This document shows, in pieces, positions 11,295-24,631 of a DNA stretch of 64,000 bases. Source of the DNA: Hormiphora californensis (Eukaryota; Animalia; Ctenophora). Under the pieces are notes generated by a model that saw nothing but the letters and a program-made list of their open reading frames with translations, was not told where the DNA came from and ran no database searches. The stretch is from NCBI GenBank assembly GCA_020137815.1, contig CM035359.1:7564001-7628000 (forward strand), given 5' to 3'. Within the stretch, counting starts at the first letter, position 1. Each line of letters starts with the position of its first letter. The position numbers and the translations under genes were made by a program.

Positions 11295-14200
11295 ATGGTA
11301 AGCAATGGATTGCCCTTAGTGGGGACTGGAGGGGACTGGGCCTCTTCGTGATTGAGTTTGTTTATTGTTGGATACACGGGATTTAGACTTGCCGGGTCTA
11401 AAATTGACTGCAGCACCCTGTGTTCACTGTTCACCTCGTCACTACCCCCTACACAAATAAATGTATAGTCTAGTTACTAGCCCCCCCCCCCCCCCCCCCC
11501 GTGGTCTAGTAAATACTCTTGCTGCAGCTAATAACCACTAACCACTAACGACTCTTCTACCACCTACAGGGCAAGGAAAAGAATGTGATCTGTACAACAG
11601 AACAACTCGAGGAGTTCCTACAGCAGCGAAATGACATCATCCTAGATGAGCTGAAGAGCATTCTGCAACAGAACAGCAAGAACACTGATGGCAAGATATC
11701 AACTCTAAAGGGAGAAGTTGAAAATGCACTGAAGGTAGAAATTGAAGGGAATATATTTTATAGATCAAAACAAATGGCGGTGTTTGATAGGTATCTTAGA
11801 AGAAGAACCATTAAAAGACACGTCTTTAGCGTAGCTAAGGTTTCTTTACTACGGTTATAAGACGTCTATAGTACGTCTGAGTACGTCTTTAGGACGTCTT
11901 TAGCACGTCTGTCGCTAATACGTCTGTCGCTAGTACGTCTATAACACGTATATGCTACGTCTAAAATAGACGTGTACAACGGTGCAAGCCGTATCTCCCC
12001 TTTTCCAGCCCCCCGGCCCCCCTCGCACAAGTGTTACATTTTTCTTCCTACAAAATTCCTTCAATAAATTCTAAATTCCCCCAGCTACGAGAGAAAGAGC
12101 TGCGAAGGTTGAGACGTGAGACAGAGGAGAGTTTCAGGACTTGTGAGAGGCTCCTACACGCCCTCACATTCCAGAGGAAGATGTTGGAAGCCGTGCTGAA
12201 GATTCGTGATAGGGAGATACAGGTTGGTAAACTTTGGTCCACGGGGCAAAGTGGCACACGATAGGGGCAAATCAGTCCTTAGAATAACGTGTGTCACGTG
12301 ACTTTTTTCTCCAGCAGAAACCTGCTCGTCCTGTTCCGATTTTTTCCCCGCCTGGGTGAATGCCGAAGGCATTCACCCAGATTCCTTTTGCAAAAAGGCA
12401 TAGGGGTTTAGAATTCGACAATTTTACATGACATACTAGTGAAGTGTCACGCTTTTCCTGTAACGTAACCTCCTGAGTTGCTGTTGGCAACTATCCAGTG
12501 CGGAATGCTGTCACTTACTGACTGAACACAACAGGAAGTTTGCGCGCATGTGCGCGGCGCCTTTATGTTGCACTTGCAATTACAATTGTTCATAGATTTG
12601 ACATCGCGCCCTACGTCATTGTGCAATGAGCCAATGAACATTGTTCTGCATTTGTGATCGGAACTGCGACTTATTATTACTAGGATATCACATAGCTCAG
12701 GCAACCCATCAGCTATACCGGCTCACGTATCAGTGCCTAATTAGAAGCAGGTGTGGCAACTGGCACATGCCAGATCACATGGTTGGCGGGGAAATCAGGC
12801 GGTATGGCATTATACCGCAATTATTCTTGTTTGCTGTAATTTCTGTTTGAGTTGGCCAATTTTAATTTTGCAAAAACTTCCAATTAGTTTTTTTATCCTC
12901 CTAAAACTTGGTATAAAAATTTTTCAAAAAAGTCACTATTAAGTTAATTAGTCAAACTGGGGCAAATATGGTTCACTCTCTGGGGCAAAGTAGTTCACCC
13001 TGGGGCAAAGTGGTCCATCACTATTCACTAGGACCAATGAAATCGAGCCTGCAATACCACGTGATACCACAACCCACGTGACATTGGAATGTACTGGGGC
13101 AAAGTGGTCCTGCAAAACAGAAATTGCTGAAGATAACATGGGCCACTTTGCCCCTAATTTAAATCCTCGCTTTATTTCAGAATCTGCGAAGGTGTGTAGG
13201 GATCCAGAAGCGACTGATTGTAAAGACTCTCAATGTAGTGGTAGCAGATGGAGTCCTTGAGATGACTCCCAAACAGAGGGGAGAACTGTTGAAACTAGTT
13301 CAGGAAATGGGGGATATTGATATCAACTCTAGTGAGGTAAGAGATGGGGGACATTGATATCAACTCTAGTGAGGTAAGAGATGGGGGACATTGATATCAA
13401 CTCTAGTGAGGTAAGAGATGGGGGACATTGATATCAACTCTAGTGAGGTAAGAGATGGGGGACATTGATATCAACTCTAGTGAGGTAAGAGATGGGGGAC
13501 ATTGATATCAACTCTAGTGAGGTAAGAGATAGGGGACATTGATATCAACTCTAGTGAGGTAAGAGATGGGGGACATTGATATCAACTCTAGTGAGGTAAG
13601 AGATGGGGGACATTGATATCAACTCTAGTGAGGTAAGAGATGGGGGACATTGATATCACCTCTAGTGAGGTAAGAGATGGGGGACATTGATATCAACTCT
13701 AGTGAGGTAAGAGATGGGGGACATTGATATCACCTCTAGTGAGGTAAGAGATGGGGGACATTGATATCAACTCTAGTGAGGTAAGAGATGGGGGACATTG
13801 ATATCAACTCTAGTGAGGTAAGAGATGGGGGACATTAATATCAACTCTAGTGAGGTAAGAGATGGGGGACATTGATACCAACTCTAGTGAGGTAAGAGAT
13901 GGGGGACATTGATATCAACTCTAGTGAGGTAAGAGATGGGGGACCTTGATATCAACTCTAGTGAGGTAAGAGATGGGGGACATTGATATCAACTCTAGTG
14001 AGGTAAGAGATGGGGGACATTGATATCAACTCTAGTGAGGTAAGAGATTGGGGACATTGATATCAACTCTAGTGAGGTAAGAGATAGGGGACATTGATAT
14101 CAACTCTAGTGAGGTAAGAGATGGGGGACATTGATATCAACTCTAGTGAGGTAAGAGATGGGGGTCATTGATATCAACTCTAGTGAGGTAAGAGATGGGG

Positions 14201-17050
14201 GACATTGATATCAACTCTAGTGAGGTAAGAGATAGGGGACCTTGATATCAACTCTAGTGAGGTAAGAGATGGGGGACATTGATATCAACTCTAGTGAGGT
14301 AAGAGATGGGGGACATTGATATCAACTCTAGTGAGGTAAGAGATGGGGGACATTGATATCAACTCTAGTGAGGTAAGAGATGGGGGACATTAATATCAAC
14401 TCTAGTGAGGTAAGAGATGGGGGACATTGATACCAACTCTAGTGAGGTAAGAGATAGGGGACATTGATATCAACTCTAGTGAGGTAAGAGATGGGGGACA
14501 TTGATATCAACTCTAGTGAGGTAAGAGATAGGGGACATTGATATCAACTCTAGTAAGGTAAGAGATGGGGGACATTGATATCAACTCTAGTGAGGTAAGA
14601 GATGGGGGACATTGATATCAACTCTAGTGAGGTAAGAGATGGGGGACATTAATATCAACTCTAGTGAGGTAAGAGATGGGGGACATTGATACCAACTCTA
14701 GTGAGGTAAGAGATAGGGGACATTGATATCAACTCTAGTGAGGTAAGAGATGGGGGACATTGATATCAACTCTAGTGAGGTAAGAGATAGGGGACATTGA
14801 TATCAACTCTAGTGAGGTAAGAGATGGGGGACATTGATATCAACTCTAGTGAGGTAAGAGATAGGGGACATTGATATCAACTCTAGTGAGGTAAGAGATG
14901 GGGGACATTGATATCAACTCTAGTGAGGTAAGAGATGGGGGTCATTGATATCAACTCTAGTGAGGTAAGAGATGGGGGACATTGATATCAACTCTAGTGA
15001 GGTAAGAGATAGGGGACCTTGATATCAACTCTAGTGAGGTAAGAGATGGGGGACATTGATATCAACTCTAGTGAGGTAAGAGATGGGGGACATTGATATC
15101 AACTCTAGTGAGGTAAGAGATGGGGGACATTGATATCAACTCTAGTGAGGTAAGAGATGGGGGACATTAATATCAACTCTAGTGAGGTAAGAGATGGGGG
15201 ACATTGATATCAACTCTAGTGAGGTAAGAGATGGGGGACATTGATATCAACTCTAGTGAGGTAAGAGATGGGGGACATTGATACCAACTCTAGTGAGGTA
15301 AGAGATGGGGGACATTGATATCAACTCTAGTGAGGTAAGAGATGGGGGACATTGATATCAACTCTAGTGAGGTAAGAGATGGGGGACATTGATATCAACT
15401 CTAGTGAGGTAAGAGATGGGGGACATTGATATCAACTCTAGTGAGGTAAGAGATGGGGGACATTGATACCAACTCTAGTGAGGTAAGAGATGGGGGACAT
15501 TGATATCAATTCTAGTGAGGTAACAAAAGAGAAACATCTCTACCATATACATATTCTCTCAGGGGGTAGGTTTCTCGGAGGAGACTGTACTAAATGAATA
15601 CAGGGAGGCTCTCGTTAATTCGGATAACAACGCCAATACCAACACTATTGATAATGTGATCACTGTCCGACGTGCAGAGAAGGCTGCCAGAGCGTGAGTG
15701 TAGAACACAGCACACTAGATGTAGTATATATACTTTATCACACCCCATTCAAGGGGAGATATAGGGGTGATTTTATCCGATAATAAACTTGCCTTTAGGG
15801 TTGGTAAACTCAAAATTTTAAGGCTCGGATGAATTTGTAAGTGGTAGGTTATTTGGTGACATATAGCCACCTGGCGCGACCCCCGTGTGTGAGCTCAATC
15901 TTGGTCGCGCCAGGTGTCTATGTCACCAAGTAGTTTATCACTCTTTTAACCCTGATGATAGCCCACTATAATTGCAGCAAGCCTATTAACTATATATTTC
16001 TCTCCGCGTGTATCAGGGAGGGACAAAGTAGCTCTGCAGCCTTCATTCAGAGTATGTTCACACCCAAGTCCGCAGCTCGAAATGAGGAGACAGAGAGTGA
16101 TGAAGAGTATGTTCCTCTAGGTGAGTAATTAATTAATTAGGCGATTAATTAATTAGGTGATTAATAGGGTAACTAGTTAACGGGTGAATTGGTTTAGCAG
16201 TTAGCTTCTTTAAAATGTTCTGGAGTTAACTAACAATCTCCCTGCCTTTAGACATCAAAGCTAAATCAGCAACTGCACCTGTGACTGCTAGTGCTGCAAA
16301 ACCGAACCCTGTAAAAGCAAGGGATGTGCCTAACGTAAGTCTCATGCACTGTCAGGCCAATAAAAAAGGGTCAATCTGATAGCTGTCACAATGGACATGT
16401 GCCTAACATATTATCTGTTAACTCGATCAATTCCAAAATTCAATTCCCTTTTCCATCTTCAGATTTTCGGGGGACTCTCAGACGCAAGACGAAATGAGAA
16501 GTGTTCTAAAGCTGTATTGTTTGAGACTGGTAAGATGCTTGGATCTGCGTGGGTTAGTTTTGCTATCACCCAAAGGATTGGATTCTCTCTGGATGACACA
16601 TCTGTATTGAGGTAATATTCCAAGGCAATTTGCGATCGTGCAGTTTTATTTAGTCCTGAACTGAATTGTCCTGTTGATTAAAGTTTCGTTTTTACTTGTT
16701 AACATTAACAATATTTTACTTAACATCTAATTAACATCTAATTACCTAATGTGTGTTACAGGAAGCGGTACAACTCGGATGAAGAACGTGCCAAGGCAAT
16801 GTTACTGATATGGTGCGAACAGAGCGGGGAGGGAACATATGGTAAGTCCTTCTTGTTTTTCATACCCAACTTTATAACCATGTTGTGAGTTGTCGAGCAA
16901 AGGGTGGAGAGCACCCTTACTCAATTATATGTCCATGTAGAAAAATCGATTTAAAATTTCTTCTTTTCCTCTATAGCTAATTTGGTACTGGCTCTAAACG
17001 ACATTGGGAGGAAAGACATTGCCCAGAAGGTTATCCAGCAAGTTCAATAA
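11295..17050 (+). CDS. Coiled-coil protein with C-terminal death domain, multi-exon
   Basis: ATG|gt at 11295, then exons starting at 11570, 12085, 13182, 15563, 16016, 16252, 16463, 16762 and 16977 splice in frame. C-terminus LGSAWVSFAITQRIGFSLDDTSVLRKRYNSDEERAKAMLLIWCEQSGEGTYANLVLALNDIGRKDIAQKV fits the death-domain pattern. TAA at 17048-17050. Confidence 0.85.
12243..13154. mobile_element. MITE-like element in an intron
   Basis: TIR GGGGCAAAGTGGC / GCCACTTTGCCCC with internal GGGGCAAA repeats. TSD not resolved. Confidence 0.6.
13307..15523 (+). repeat. 37-bp minisatellite x60 made of exon end plus splice donor
   Basis: Unit ATGGGGGACATTGATATCAACTCTAGTGAG|GTAAGAG. First donor at 13337, last at 15520 (2183 = 59 x 37). 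Confidence 0.97.
15853..15929. repeat. Short hairpin / MITE remnant
   Basis: TTGGTGACATATAGCCACCTGGCGCGACC ... GGTCGCGCCAGGTGTCTATGTCACCAA inverted arms. Confidence 0.6.
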
Positions 17051-19026
17051 ACCCCTGTACTGGTCTGATGGGAGCTGGTCTGGTTTGTTGAGTAACTCAA
17101 CAAGGTCTGGTGGGAGCTGGTGGGAGCTAAATCTCCATGCTAAGATGAGATGTTTGTGGAGATTCAATGGATGATGTGTATATTGTGTTGTATCAGTATG
17201 GGACAGAATGAGAAATTCAATTGATATAGTATCGGACGGTTATAGATCTTAGAAGTTATAAAATGGCAGTGAGAAAGATAATACAGCTTTGTTTATAAAT
17301 TGTGGATCGATTCATATTAAATCTTCTGTTTTTCGTAAAGTTTACTTTTCCTTTGTTGGAAATGGGTCTGGTTGGTTCGTATATTCGTCAAGCCAATATA
17401 ATCGGTTGGTACAACTAAAAGACTGGTAATTGGCACAAATTGGTATTATCGTGATCTTAAGATACCAATTGGTATGGTAGCCCTCCAACTCTCGATGTTG
17501 CGGTTCACAGTACTTCAGGGGTTGAGGGGCTACCAAATAGTGATCATGATCCAGTTCAGAGCTGCAGTAGTCTGATGGACGCGAGCGCCGATTGACCTTT
17601 TTCTGTTGAAAGCAAGATTGCGCGCGATAATCACGGGAAATACGCGGGAGAAAATTTTTCGGTTTTTAGGCCAATAAGTCAGAGTTTTTGTCTAATCATA
17701 AAAAGTAGTGGGGCCATTTCCTGAAAAGTACTGGGGCCATGGCGTACCCTGCCTCATTCCCCTACATGCGTGGACACGGACTATTTCATAACCCTGCCCT
17801 CCTTACCCATCCAAACATATGGTTTTCAGATTTCTAGGTTTGCGGCGCCGTGAACAGTTTAAAAGCTTGCTGCTGAAATGGTGTACTTTTAACACAAGAA
17901 ACACGCGGCGCGTCTTGATTATGATAATTGTTGTAGGATTTCAGAGAATCACTTCATTGTCACACACTGGATACCCCCCCCCCCTCGACTGTCCTCAAGT
18001 CATCATGAGGACCTCTCGGATCAGGCTGTACTCCTTCAAAATCTCCGTTCTACTCTTCCCGTTTCCCGAAGCTTCAAAAATCCCTCCAAGCCAGTTCAAG
18101 ATCCGGCACCGGGCACGAAACCCGGGGCCACATGCATGCACCAAGCCTTGAGGTGGTGATCGGTTAGTTAACTACCAGGTCTCGTGTACGGTTGGACTAA
18201 GACTGTTCCCCCCTGTTTTACAGAGTTCACCCTATTATCAGTATCACCACCTGAGCTAGCATGTTTGTTTATTTGTACACAGCGATGGTTCATAGCGATG
18301 GATCAACTTCTCCAACTACAGCCTCAAATTCACTGACGGGTGACTGCAATCCCGCACCGTACCATGGAGTTGGTACCATTGCTACCTCCCTGCTCGCGCT
18401 AGGTGTCAATGTCACCAAACCCTGGTCGAGTATGCAATGAGTTAAATTATTACACTGTGATCTGCAGTTCTAGTTATGTAGTGCAGTAGTGCTGTTATTG
18501 ATATCGAAGTGGTGACGACCGTGACCGACGACCATGGCCGATATGAACCATTTTAGCGTAAAATGTGGTACGAATACGACAAGCTATATACAAAGACTAA
18601 AGTAGAATAGAAACTATGGGTCAGCACACACCCACGCCAAAATTAAAATTTTGATTTTGGAGCGGCCGTCCGGGGTCCGACTGTACAAACGGAATTTAGA
18701 ATTCAATTTAAAATATATTTGTTAAATACCATCGTGCCGGCCGCAGAGCTGCCTTCATGGCACGTCCCCGCGGTGTCCCCTGATGCAATGTGTGATGGAA
18801 ATGTGATGGACAATAGCAAACGACAACCTCAAGTTAATCAAGTCACAATTGTGAGGCAAGATGTTTCGGTTAAAAGCTGAAACATTTAACTTGTCGCCTC
18901 TCTTGGAGAGAGCAATGGTAAAATATCTGAGTTACTGTACATTTTTAGAAGGGAAGGAGTGGTGAAGGTGAATTGTCAATGTCTGTCACATGATAAATGA
19001 GTGGGTCAGGTGGTCTCTAAAATTAC

Positions 19027-19617
19027 CTAGATCTAGTGTAAGATTTCCAGGACGATAAAAGGTTGAAGCGCTGTCACTTCCATAAAATAGGATCTTTGCT
19101 ACATCTTGACCCCATTTCTGCTGGCAATCCGCTCTGGAGCTCTCAGAAAATGTGTATTCTAGTAACATTTCACCATCGCAATGGATCTTCAAAACAGATT
19201 CAGTTTTAGAAATCTTCCAAATCTGATTCTGATTCTGATTGGTCGGCTGCACGGGAAAAATCTCGTCATAATCACACTCAGAAATGTAACATTCCATCGG
19301 ATCTGAGAAGACGATGCCCATGTACGCCAAATAATCTGTCCCATTTTCGGTGTACACATCAACTTCAATTGTCTTGTTACTTCCAATAATAGCGTTAGAT
19401 TTGACTTCCAGTGGAACACTCTCTAAATCCCAGGGAATTTTAGTGGTTCGTGTGACGGGGGTCCAACCTGTAATTACATTGGAAATATAGGAAACGCTAT
19501 GCGGGCGGCCAATATGACGGAGCAGCACTGTATTGTGGGGGGGGGGTGTACCTGATAAAACAACTGACCTTTTGTTCCTAAGATGAGACCAAAGAGAACC
19601 AAAAGCAACAATGACAT
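19027..19617 (-). CDS. Small secreted protein, paralog A (signal peptide plus ~145-aa ctenophore-type beta-rich domain); 3' exon unresolved
   Basis: Exon 1 MSLLLLVLFGLILGTK, then a phase-1 intron, then exon 19467-19027 GWTPVTRTTKIPWDLESVPLEVKSN...FYRPGNLTLD. Close paralog at 27596-28037. Confidence 0.75.
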
Positions 19618-21601
19618 TCCTGAATTAGTAATTAATTACTAATTATAATTGGTAAATATATATACCTCACTCTCGTTAATTAAGCTCGCATATAATTTCA
19701 AGAAACTTTTAAATAAGAAACTTTTTTTCTAGGAAACTACAGGTGTAAGCAATCCAAAAACAAAAAGAATTTCTCCTTTATCAAGAAACTAAACAAGTTA
19801 GGGGTGTTCTATTTTGTTGTGGTGTCTCTGAATTGTGTGATTTACATTTGAAAAGTTTCTTATAAAAAAGTTTCTTACTAAAGCGTTTCTTAAAAAACGA
19901 GAGTAAGGTATATGCAAAGCAAGCTCATAAAAATGTGATTTAATAGCTAATGAGAACAAGAAAGCGAGAGATCTAAGCTCGCTAAAATCCTTTCTATTTT
20001 CTTTAAAGCTGTCCATGGGGGGGGGGGGGGTCTCATGTTGGTTTTGTTGTTTTTGTTGTTTTTGTTGGTACACGAAATATGTACTAACAAACCACATATA
20101 GGTATACTACCAACAAACACCAACAAAACCAACAAAACCAACAAAAGTTAGTTTTGTTAGTTTTGTTTGTCAGTTTTGTTGGTTTTGTTAGTACTAACAA
20201 AATTAACAAAATTAACAAAACTAACAAAACATTTTGTTGGTTTTGTTTGTTAGTTTTGTTGGTTTTGTTAGTACTAACAAAACTAACAAAACATTTTGTT
20301 AGTTTTGTTTGTTAGTTTTGTTGAGATTTGTTAAAGTTTTGTTGACTCAACAAAACAACAAATCTCAACAAACTAATAAACCTCAACAAAACAACAAATC
20401 TCAACAAACTAACAAATATCAACAAAATAAAAAATCTCAACAAAACAACAAATCTCAACAAACTAACAAATCTCAACTCAACCAAAAAATCTCAACAAAA
20501 CAACAAATCTTAACAAAACAACAAATCTCATCAAAACAACCAATCTCAAGAAAACAAAAAAATCTCAACAAAACCACAAATCTCAACAAACTAACAAATC
20601 TCAACTCAAACAACAAATCTCAACAAAACAACAAATCTCAACAAAACAACGTACATATCTCAACAAACTAACAAATCTCAACAAAACAACAAATCTCAAC
20701 AAAACAAAAAATCACAACAAAACAACAAATCTTGACAAGTTGAGATTTGTTGGTTGTGTTGAGATTTGTTAGTTTGTTGAGATTTGTTGTTTTGTTGAGA
20801 TTTGTTGGTTGTGTCGAAATTTGTTAGTTTGTTGAGATTTGTTGTTTTGTTGAGATTTGTTAGTTTGTTGAGTTTTGTTGTTTTGTTGAGATTTGTTGGT
20901 TGTGTTGAGATTTGTTGTTTTGTTGAGATTTGTTGGTTGTGTCGAAATTTGTTAGTTTGTTGTGATTTGTTAGTCCGTTGAGATTTGTTGTTTTGTTGGC
21001 ATTTGTTAGTTTGTTGAGATTTGTTGTTTTGTTGAGATTTGTTGTTTTGTTGAGATTTGTTGGTTGTGTTGTGATTTGTTAGTCCTTTGTTACAAACAAA
21101 ACAACTAAGCCAACAAAATTCACCAACAAAATTCACCAATAAAGCCAATAAAACCAACAAAATTAACAAACAAAACCAACAAACAAAACCAACAAAATTA
21201 ACAAACAAAACCAACAAGCCAACAAAACCAACAAAACCAACAAACAAAACCAACAACAACAACAACAACAACAAAATGGATTTATATACCGACTAAATAG
21301 ACAAGTACTCTCGATTGGATCGAAGAGCAGTTGCCATTCATAGCGGTTCTCTCATCCTATCTTGACATATTGGTTGACAAAAGGTCTTAAATGGTAACTC
21401 ATACTGGTGACTTATAACTGACATATATAGTAGACTTTATTAACTCTCAACACTAGGTGACTGTGGGTGACAAGTATAATCAGAAAAAATAATAACAAAA
21501 ATGATAAACTGAAAAGTATCTTAGATTATAAAGAAATATGTGACAGCAGCAGGGGTGACCGTGTGAGAAACGGGGACTAATGAATAACCGAAAAGAAATT
21601 A

Positions 21602-24600
21602 TTAAAGACTGACGTCGAAAACCAAATAAGGTCTTTCAGAGAAGGTAACAGTAGCATCGAACAGGTAGGTCTTCAGGCGAATACGGAAGGAGTCCTCTGA
21701 AGGTGCGTCTCTAAGGTTCTCCGGTAGGTTGTTCCAGACATGGGGGAGATATTGGGATATTCTCCTTTTTCCCAGTTTGCTCACTTTCACATTTCCAGAA
21801 GGTAGCTTTAACTTGTAATGGTCTACTTTACAGCTCTGACGAGTAGACTTTTGCACTGCAGTATTTTCATCATGTTCCACTAGATCCTGAAGGTACTGAG
21901 GGGCACTTCCATAATAGATCTTGTACCCTAGTAAACAGATTTTGAAGAAAATCCTCTTCTCAATCGTAAGGATATGGGAATCACGGTAGAAGGGGTCCAG
22001 ATCAACTTTCCTCTCTCTGACTCCATGGATGTATCTTATTACTTGATTCATTAGTCCTTTCAGCGGCTTGATGGTAGAGGCCGGCAGGTTGAAATACAGG
22101 GCATTGCAATAGTCCACTTTGGATATGACCAGCTGGGAGGCAAGCATCAGACGTAGAGGTTTATCAATGAATCGGCGGATCTGCCAGAGGTTCCTCATAG
22201 TAACTCCAGCATTCCTCTTGACCATGGAGATTTGACGTTTCATATCCATTTGTTCATCAAGATAGATACCAAGGGTCTTTCCCGATTTTCCAGCCATGTC
22301 CATGAGGGAAATGATGTTCCCATTTAGCTCAAGAGTCAGGCCACTCTCCTCACGTACAGTATCCATCTTCTTCTTCTTTCCCAGGATAAGAAACTCAGTT
22401 TTATCCTCATTAACCATCAGTCTGTTCTCAATCATCCACGTTCTTACCTCCTCCAAACATTTCTCAATAATCTCCTTTGAACCTGTCCAGCCTTCCACAG
22501 GGCAGAATCCGATGTATATTGTGCTATCGTCTGCATAAAGTCGTATTGTGAGTCCATACTTCTTTACAATAGGTTCTAGTGGTTCCACATACAGGGCAAA
22601 GAGGACAGGACCAAGGAGAGAGCCTTGGGGTACTCCATATTTGAGAAAGAGCCTAGGTGAGAGGGCATCTCCAATTTTAACTTTATAGCTCCTGTCATTG
22701 AGATAACTTGTGAACCATTCGAGTACCGTTGATCTAATTCCAAACCGCTTCTCCAGCCTCTTCAAAAGCTGAGGGTGGTCGATGGTATCAAATGCAGCAG
22801 AAAGATCAATTTGAACGACTGCCACAACATTTCCTCTGTCCATTTCCCCAAGGACATCATCAACAACTCGCACCATGTGTGTCTCACAGCTGTGGTTGGG
22901 GCGAAAACCAGATTGGCAGTCACCTCGCAGGTCGTTTTTCTCCAAATGCTCATTTAGCTGTACATTGACAGCTTTCTCCGCTAGCTTGGACAGAACACTG
23001 AGATTCGAGACTGGTCTGTAGTTCGCAAGAGAGTCAACATCTCCAGATGTATTCTTGATCGTGGGCCTCACAATAGCCTCTTTCAGTCCTGACGGGAATA
23101 CACCACTCTGCAAAGAAGTGTTTACGATCTTGGTAAGCACTGGTAGTAGTGTAGGGAGAAGCTGCTTCAGCAGAGAGGTCGGGATTGGGTCCAAGTCACA
23201 GAACTTATCCGGCAGGCTCTTTACAAGGCTTGCCACTTCATCTTCAGTCATAAGACTGAACGTCTCAAATCTTTCTGTCTCTCCTTCAATAGCACCGAAC
23301 TCAGTTGATTTCTTTTCACCCAACTCTTCAATCTTGACACCAATCTTCTTCTGTAGTTTATCAATCTTGGACTTGAAAAACTCTCCAAACTCAGTTGCTA
23401 GTTTCTCCGGGTTGACCATATCTGGGAGGATAACATTGGAGTTACCCAGTAGCTTGCTCAGTTGTTGGTTGAGCCTCTTTTGATCGCGTCCACAGAGTTC
23501 GATATTTCTTCTGGTGTATTCTGATCGTTTTCTGACCTCCATCTTATTGAAAGCTGACCTTAGTTCCACATACATGGCCCTTAGCTGCGGCTTCTCTTTA
23601 GTCTTGTCCTTTCTCCACTTTCTCTCAGCACGCCGCTTCTTCCTCCGGAGGGTTAGCAGCTCTTCATCCATCCATGGTGTATACTTCTCTTTCTTCCTTC
23701 TCTTCTTCATTGGACAGTGCTTATCAACCAGGACTAGCAACGTTCCATATAACTTCTCAACAAGGCTATTAACATCCTCTTCCTCAGCAAGTGAGGTAAA
23801 CAGTCCACTGGCTTTGAGATCCTCATTAAAACTCTCCACATCCACCTTCGAAAAGTCCCGATACCAAATTGTTTCCGGCCGTTTCCTCTTACTAATCCTC
23901 GTAGTCAGTTGTAGGTCCACTGTAATAAGATGGTGGTCTGAAGTAGTTCCCTCCTCTAAGACCCTCACTGGTTCCAGACAATCTGCTACAGTAGCATCCA
24001 TCAGGGCTAGGTCCAGAGTACCTCCATGTCTGTGGGTTGATACCAATGGAACAATCTGTTTGAAGTCAAACTCCTCGATCATCTCCTGTAGTTTTTTTGG
24101 ATAAAATTCATCAGGCCTTTCCATGTGAAAGTTGAAGTCTCCCATGATTAATGGTGTCCCGACTTTACAGTTTAGTTCCTCAAGATATCCCTTGAATTCA
24201 TCCAGGAAGTGGCTCTGGGTATGAGGTGCCTTCTTCGAGTACGGTGGCCTATAGATGTTTACTAGCCGGTACATCTCACTAGCATTTCCAACAGTGGTCT
24301 CTGTACACTCAAAGGTCTTGAAACACTTGGTAGATCCAGATTTAACACCCAGGTCCGCTCTGTATACCACTGCTACTCCACCACCAATCCTCTGCTTCCT
24401 CGGTGCCGAGTGTATTTCCCATCCTCTTTCCTTTATCTCATGATGTTTAGCATTGTCACCTTTCCTCAGGTAGGTCTCTTGAAGAAGACAAATATCAACA
24501 AGCTGGTCCTCAAGGTGTTCCAGTACACCAGCAGTCTTATTGACAAGGGAGTTGCAGTTCAATGTTCCAACTCTTAGTGAGTTCTCCTTCTTTCCAAGAA

Positions 24601-24631
24601 GTCTCGTGCCTTCCGACTGTACTCGTTTTTT
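21602..24631 (-). CDS. LINE ORF2: APE endonuclease plus reverse transcriptase (no AUG start)
   Basis: LRVGTLNCNSL, LQET, GGGVA, MGDFNFH and SDHH (APE); YRPVSNL, QSGFR, DLSAAFDTIDH, GVPQGSLLGP and YADD (RT); C-terminal DYCNALY...IFFKI resembles L2. The frame stays open upstream of the annotated TTG into the ORF1 overlap. Confidence 0.95.
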   Translation of the reverse strand, partial: KKRVQSEGTRLLGKKENSLRVGTLNCNSLVNKTAGVLEHLEDQLVDICLLQETYLRKGDNAKHHEIKERGWEIHSAPRKQRIGGGVAVVYRADLGVKSGSTKCFKTFECTETTVGNASEMYRLVNIYRPPYSKKAPHTQSHFLDEFKGYLEELNCKVGTPLIMGDFNFHMERPDEFYPKKLQEMIEEFDFKQIVPLVSTHRHGGTLDLALMDATVADCLEPVRVLEEGTTSDHHLITVDLQLTTRISKRKRPETIWYRDFSKVDVESFNEDLKASGLFTSLAEEEDVNSLVEKLYGTLLVLVDKHCPMKKRRKKEKYTPWMDEELLTLRRKKRRAERKWRKDKTKEKPQLRAMYVELRSAFNKMEVRKRSEYTRRNIELCGRDQKRLNQQLSKLLGNSNVILPDMVNPEKLATEFGEFFKSKIDKLQKKIGVKIEELGEKKSTEFGAIEGETERFETFSLMTEDEVASLVKSLPDKFCDLDPIPTSLLKQLLPTLLPVLTKIVNTSLQSGVFPSGLKEAIVRPTIKNTSGDVDSLANYRPVSNLSVLSKLAEKAVNVQLNEHLEKNDLRGDCQSGFRPNHSCETHMVRVVDDVLGEMDRGNVVAVVQIDLSAAFDTIDHPQLLKRLEKRFGIRSTVLEWFTSYLNDRSYKVKIGDALSPRLFLKYGVPQGSLLGPVLFALYVEPLEPIVKKYGLTIRLYADDSTIYIGFCPVEGWTGSKEIIEKCLEEVRTWMIENRLMVNEDKTEFLILGKKKKMDTVREESGLTLELNGNIISLMDMAGKSGKTLGIYLDEQMDMKRQISMVKRNAGVTMRNLWQIRRFIDKPLRLMLASQLVISKVDYCNALYFNLPASTIKPLKGLMNQVIRYIHGVRERKVDLDPFYRDSHILTIEKRIFFKICLLGYKIYYGSAPQYLQDLVEHDENTAVQKSTRQSCKVDHYKLKLPSGNVKVSKLGKRRISQYLPHVWNNLPENLRDAPSEDSFRIRLKTYLFDATVTFSERPYLVFDVSL

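Noticed and set aside
13307-15523. CRISPR-like array of 37-bp repeats
   Set aside because: Head-to-tail units with no unique spacers, no cas genes, and located in a eukaryotic intron.
15950-15985. Second hammerhead (CTGATGA)
   Set aside because: No helix II followed by GAAA.
20309-21296. Q/N/K/T-rich ORFs
   Set aside because: Translations of the AACAA repeat arrays inside the foldback element.
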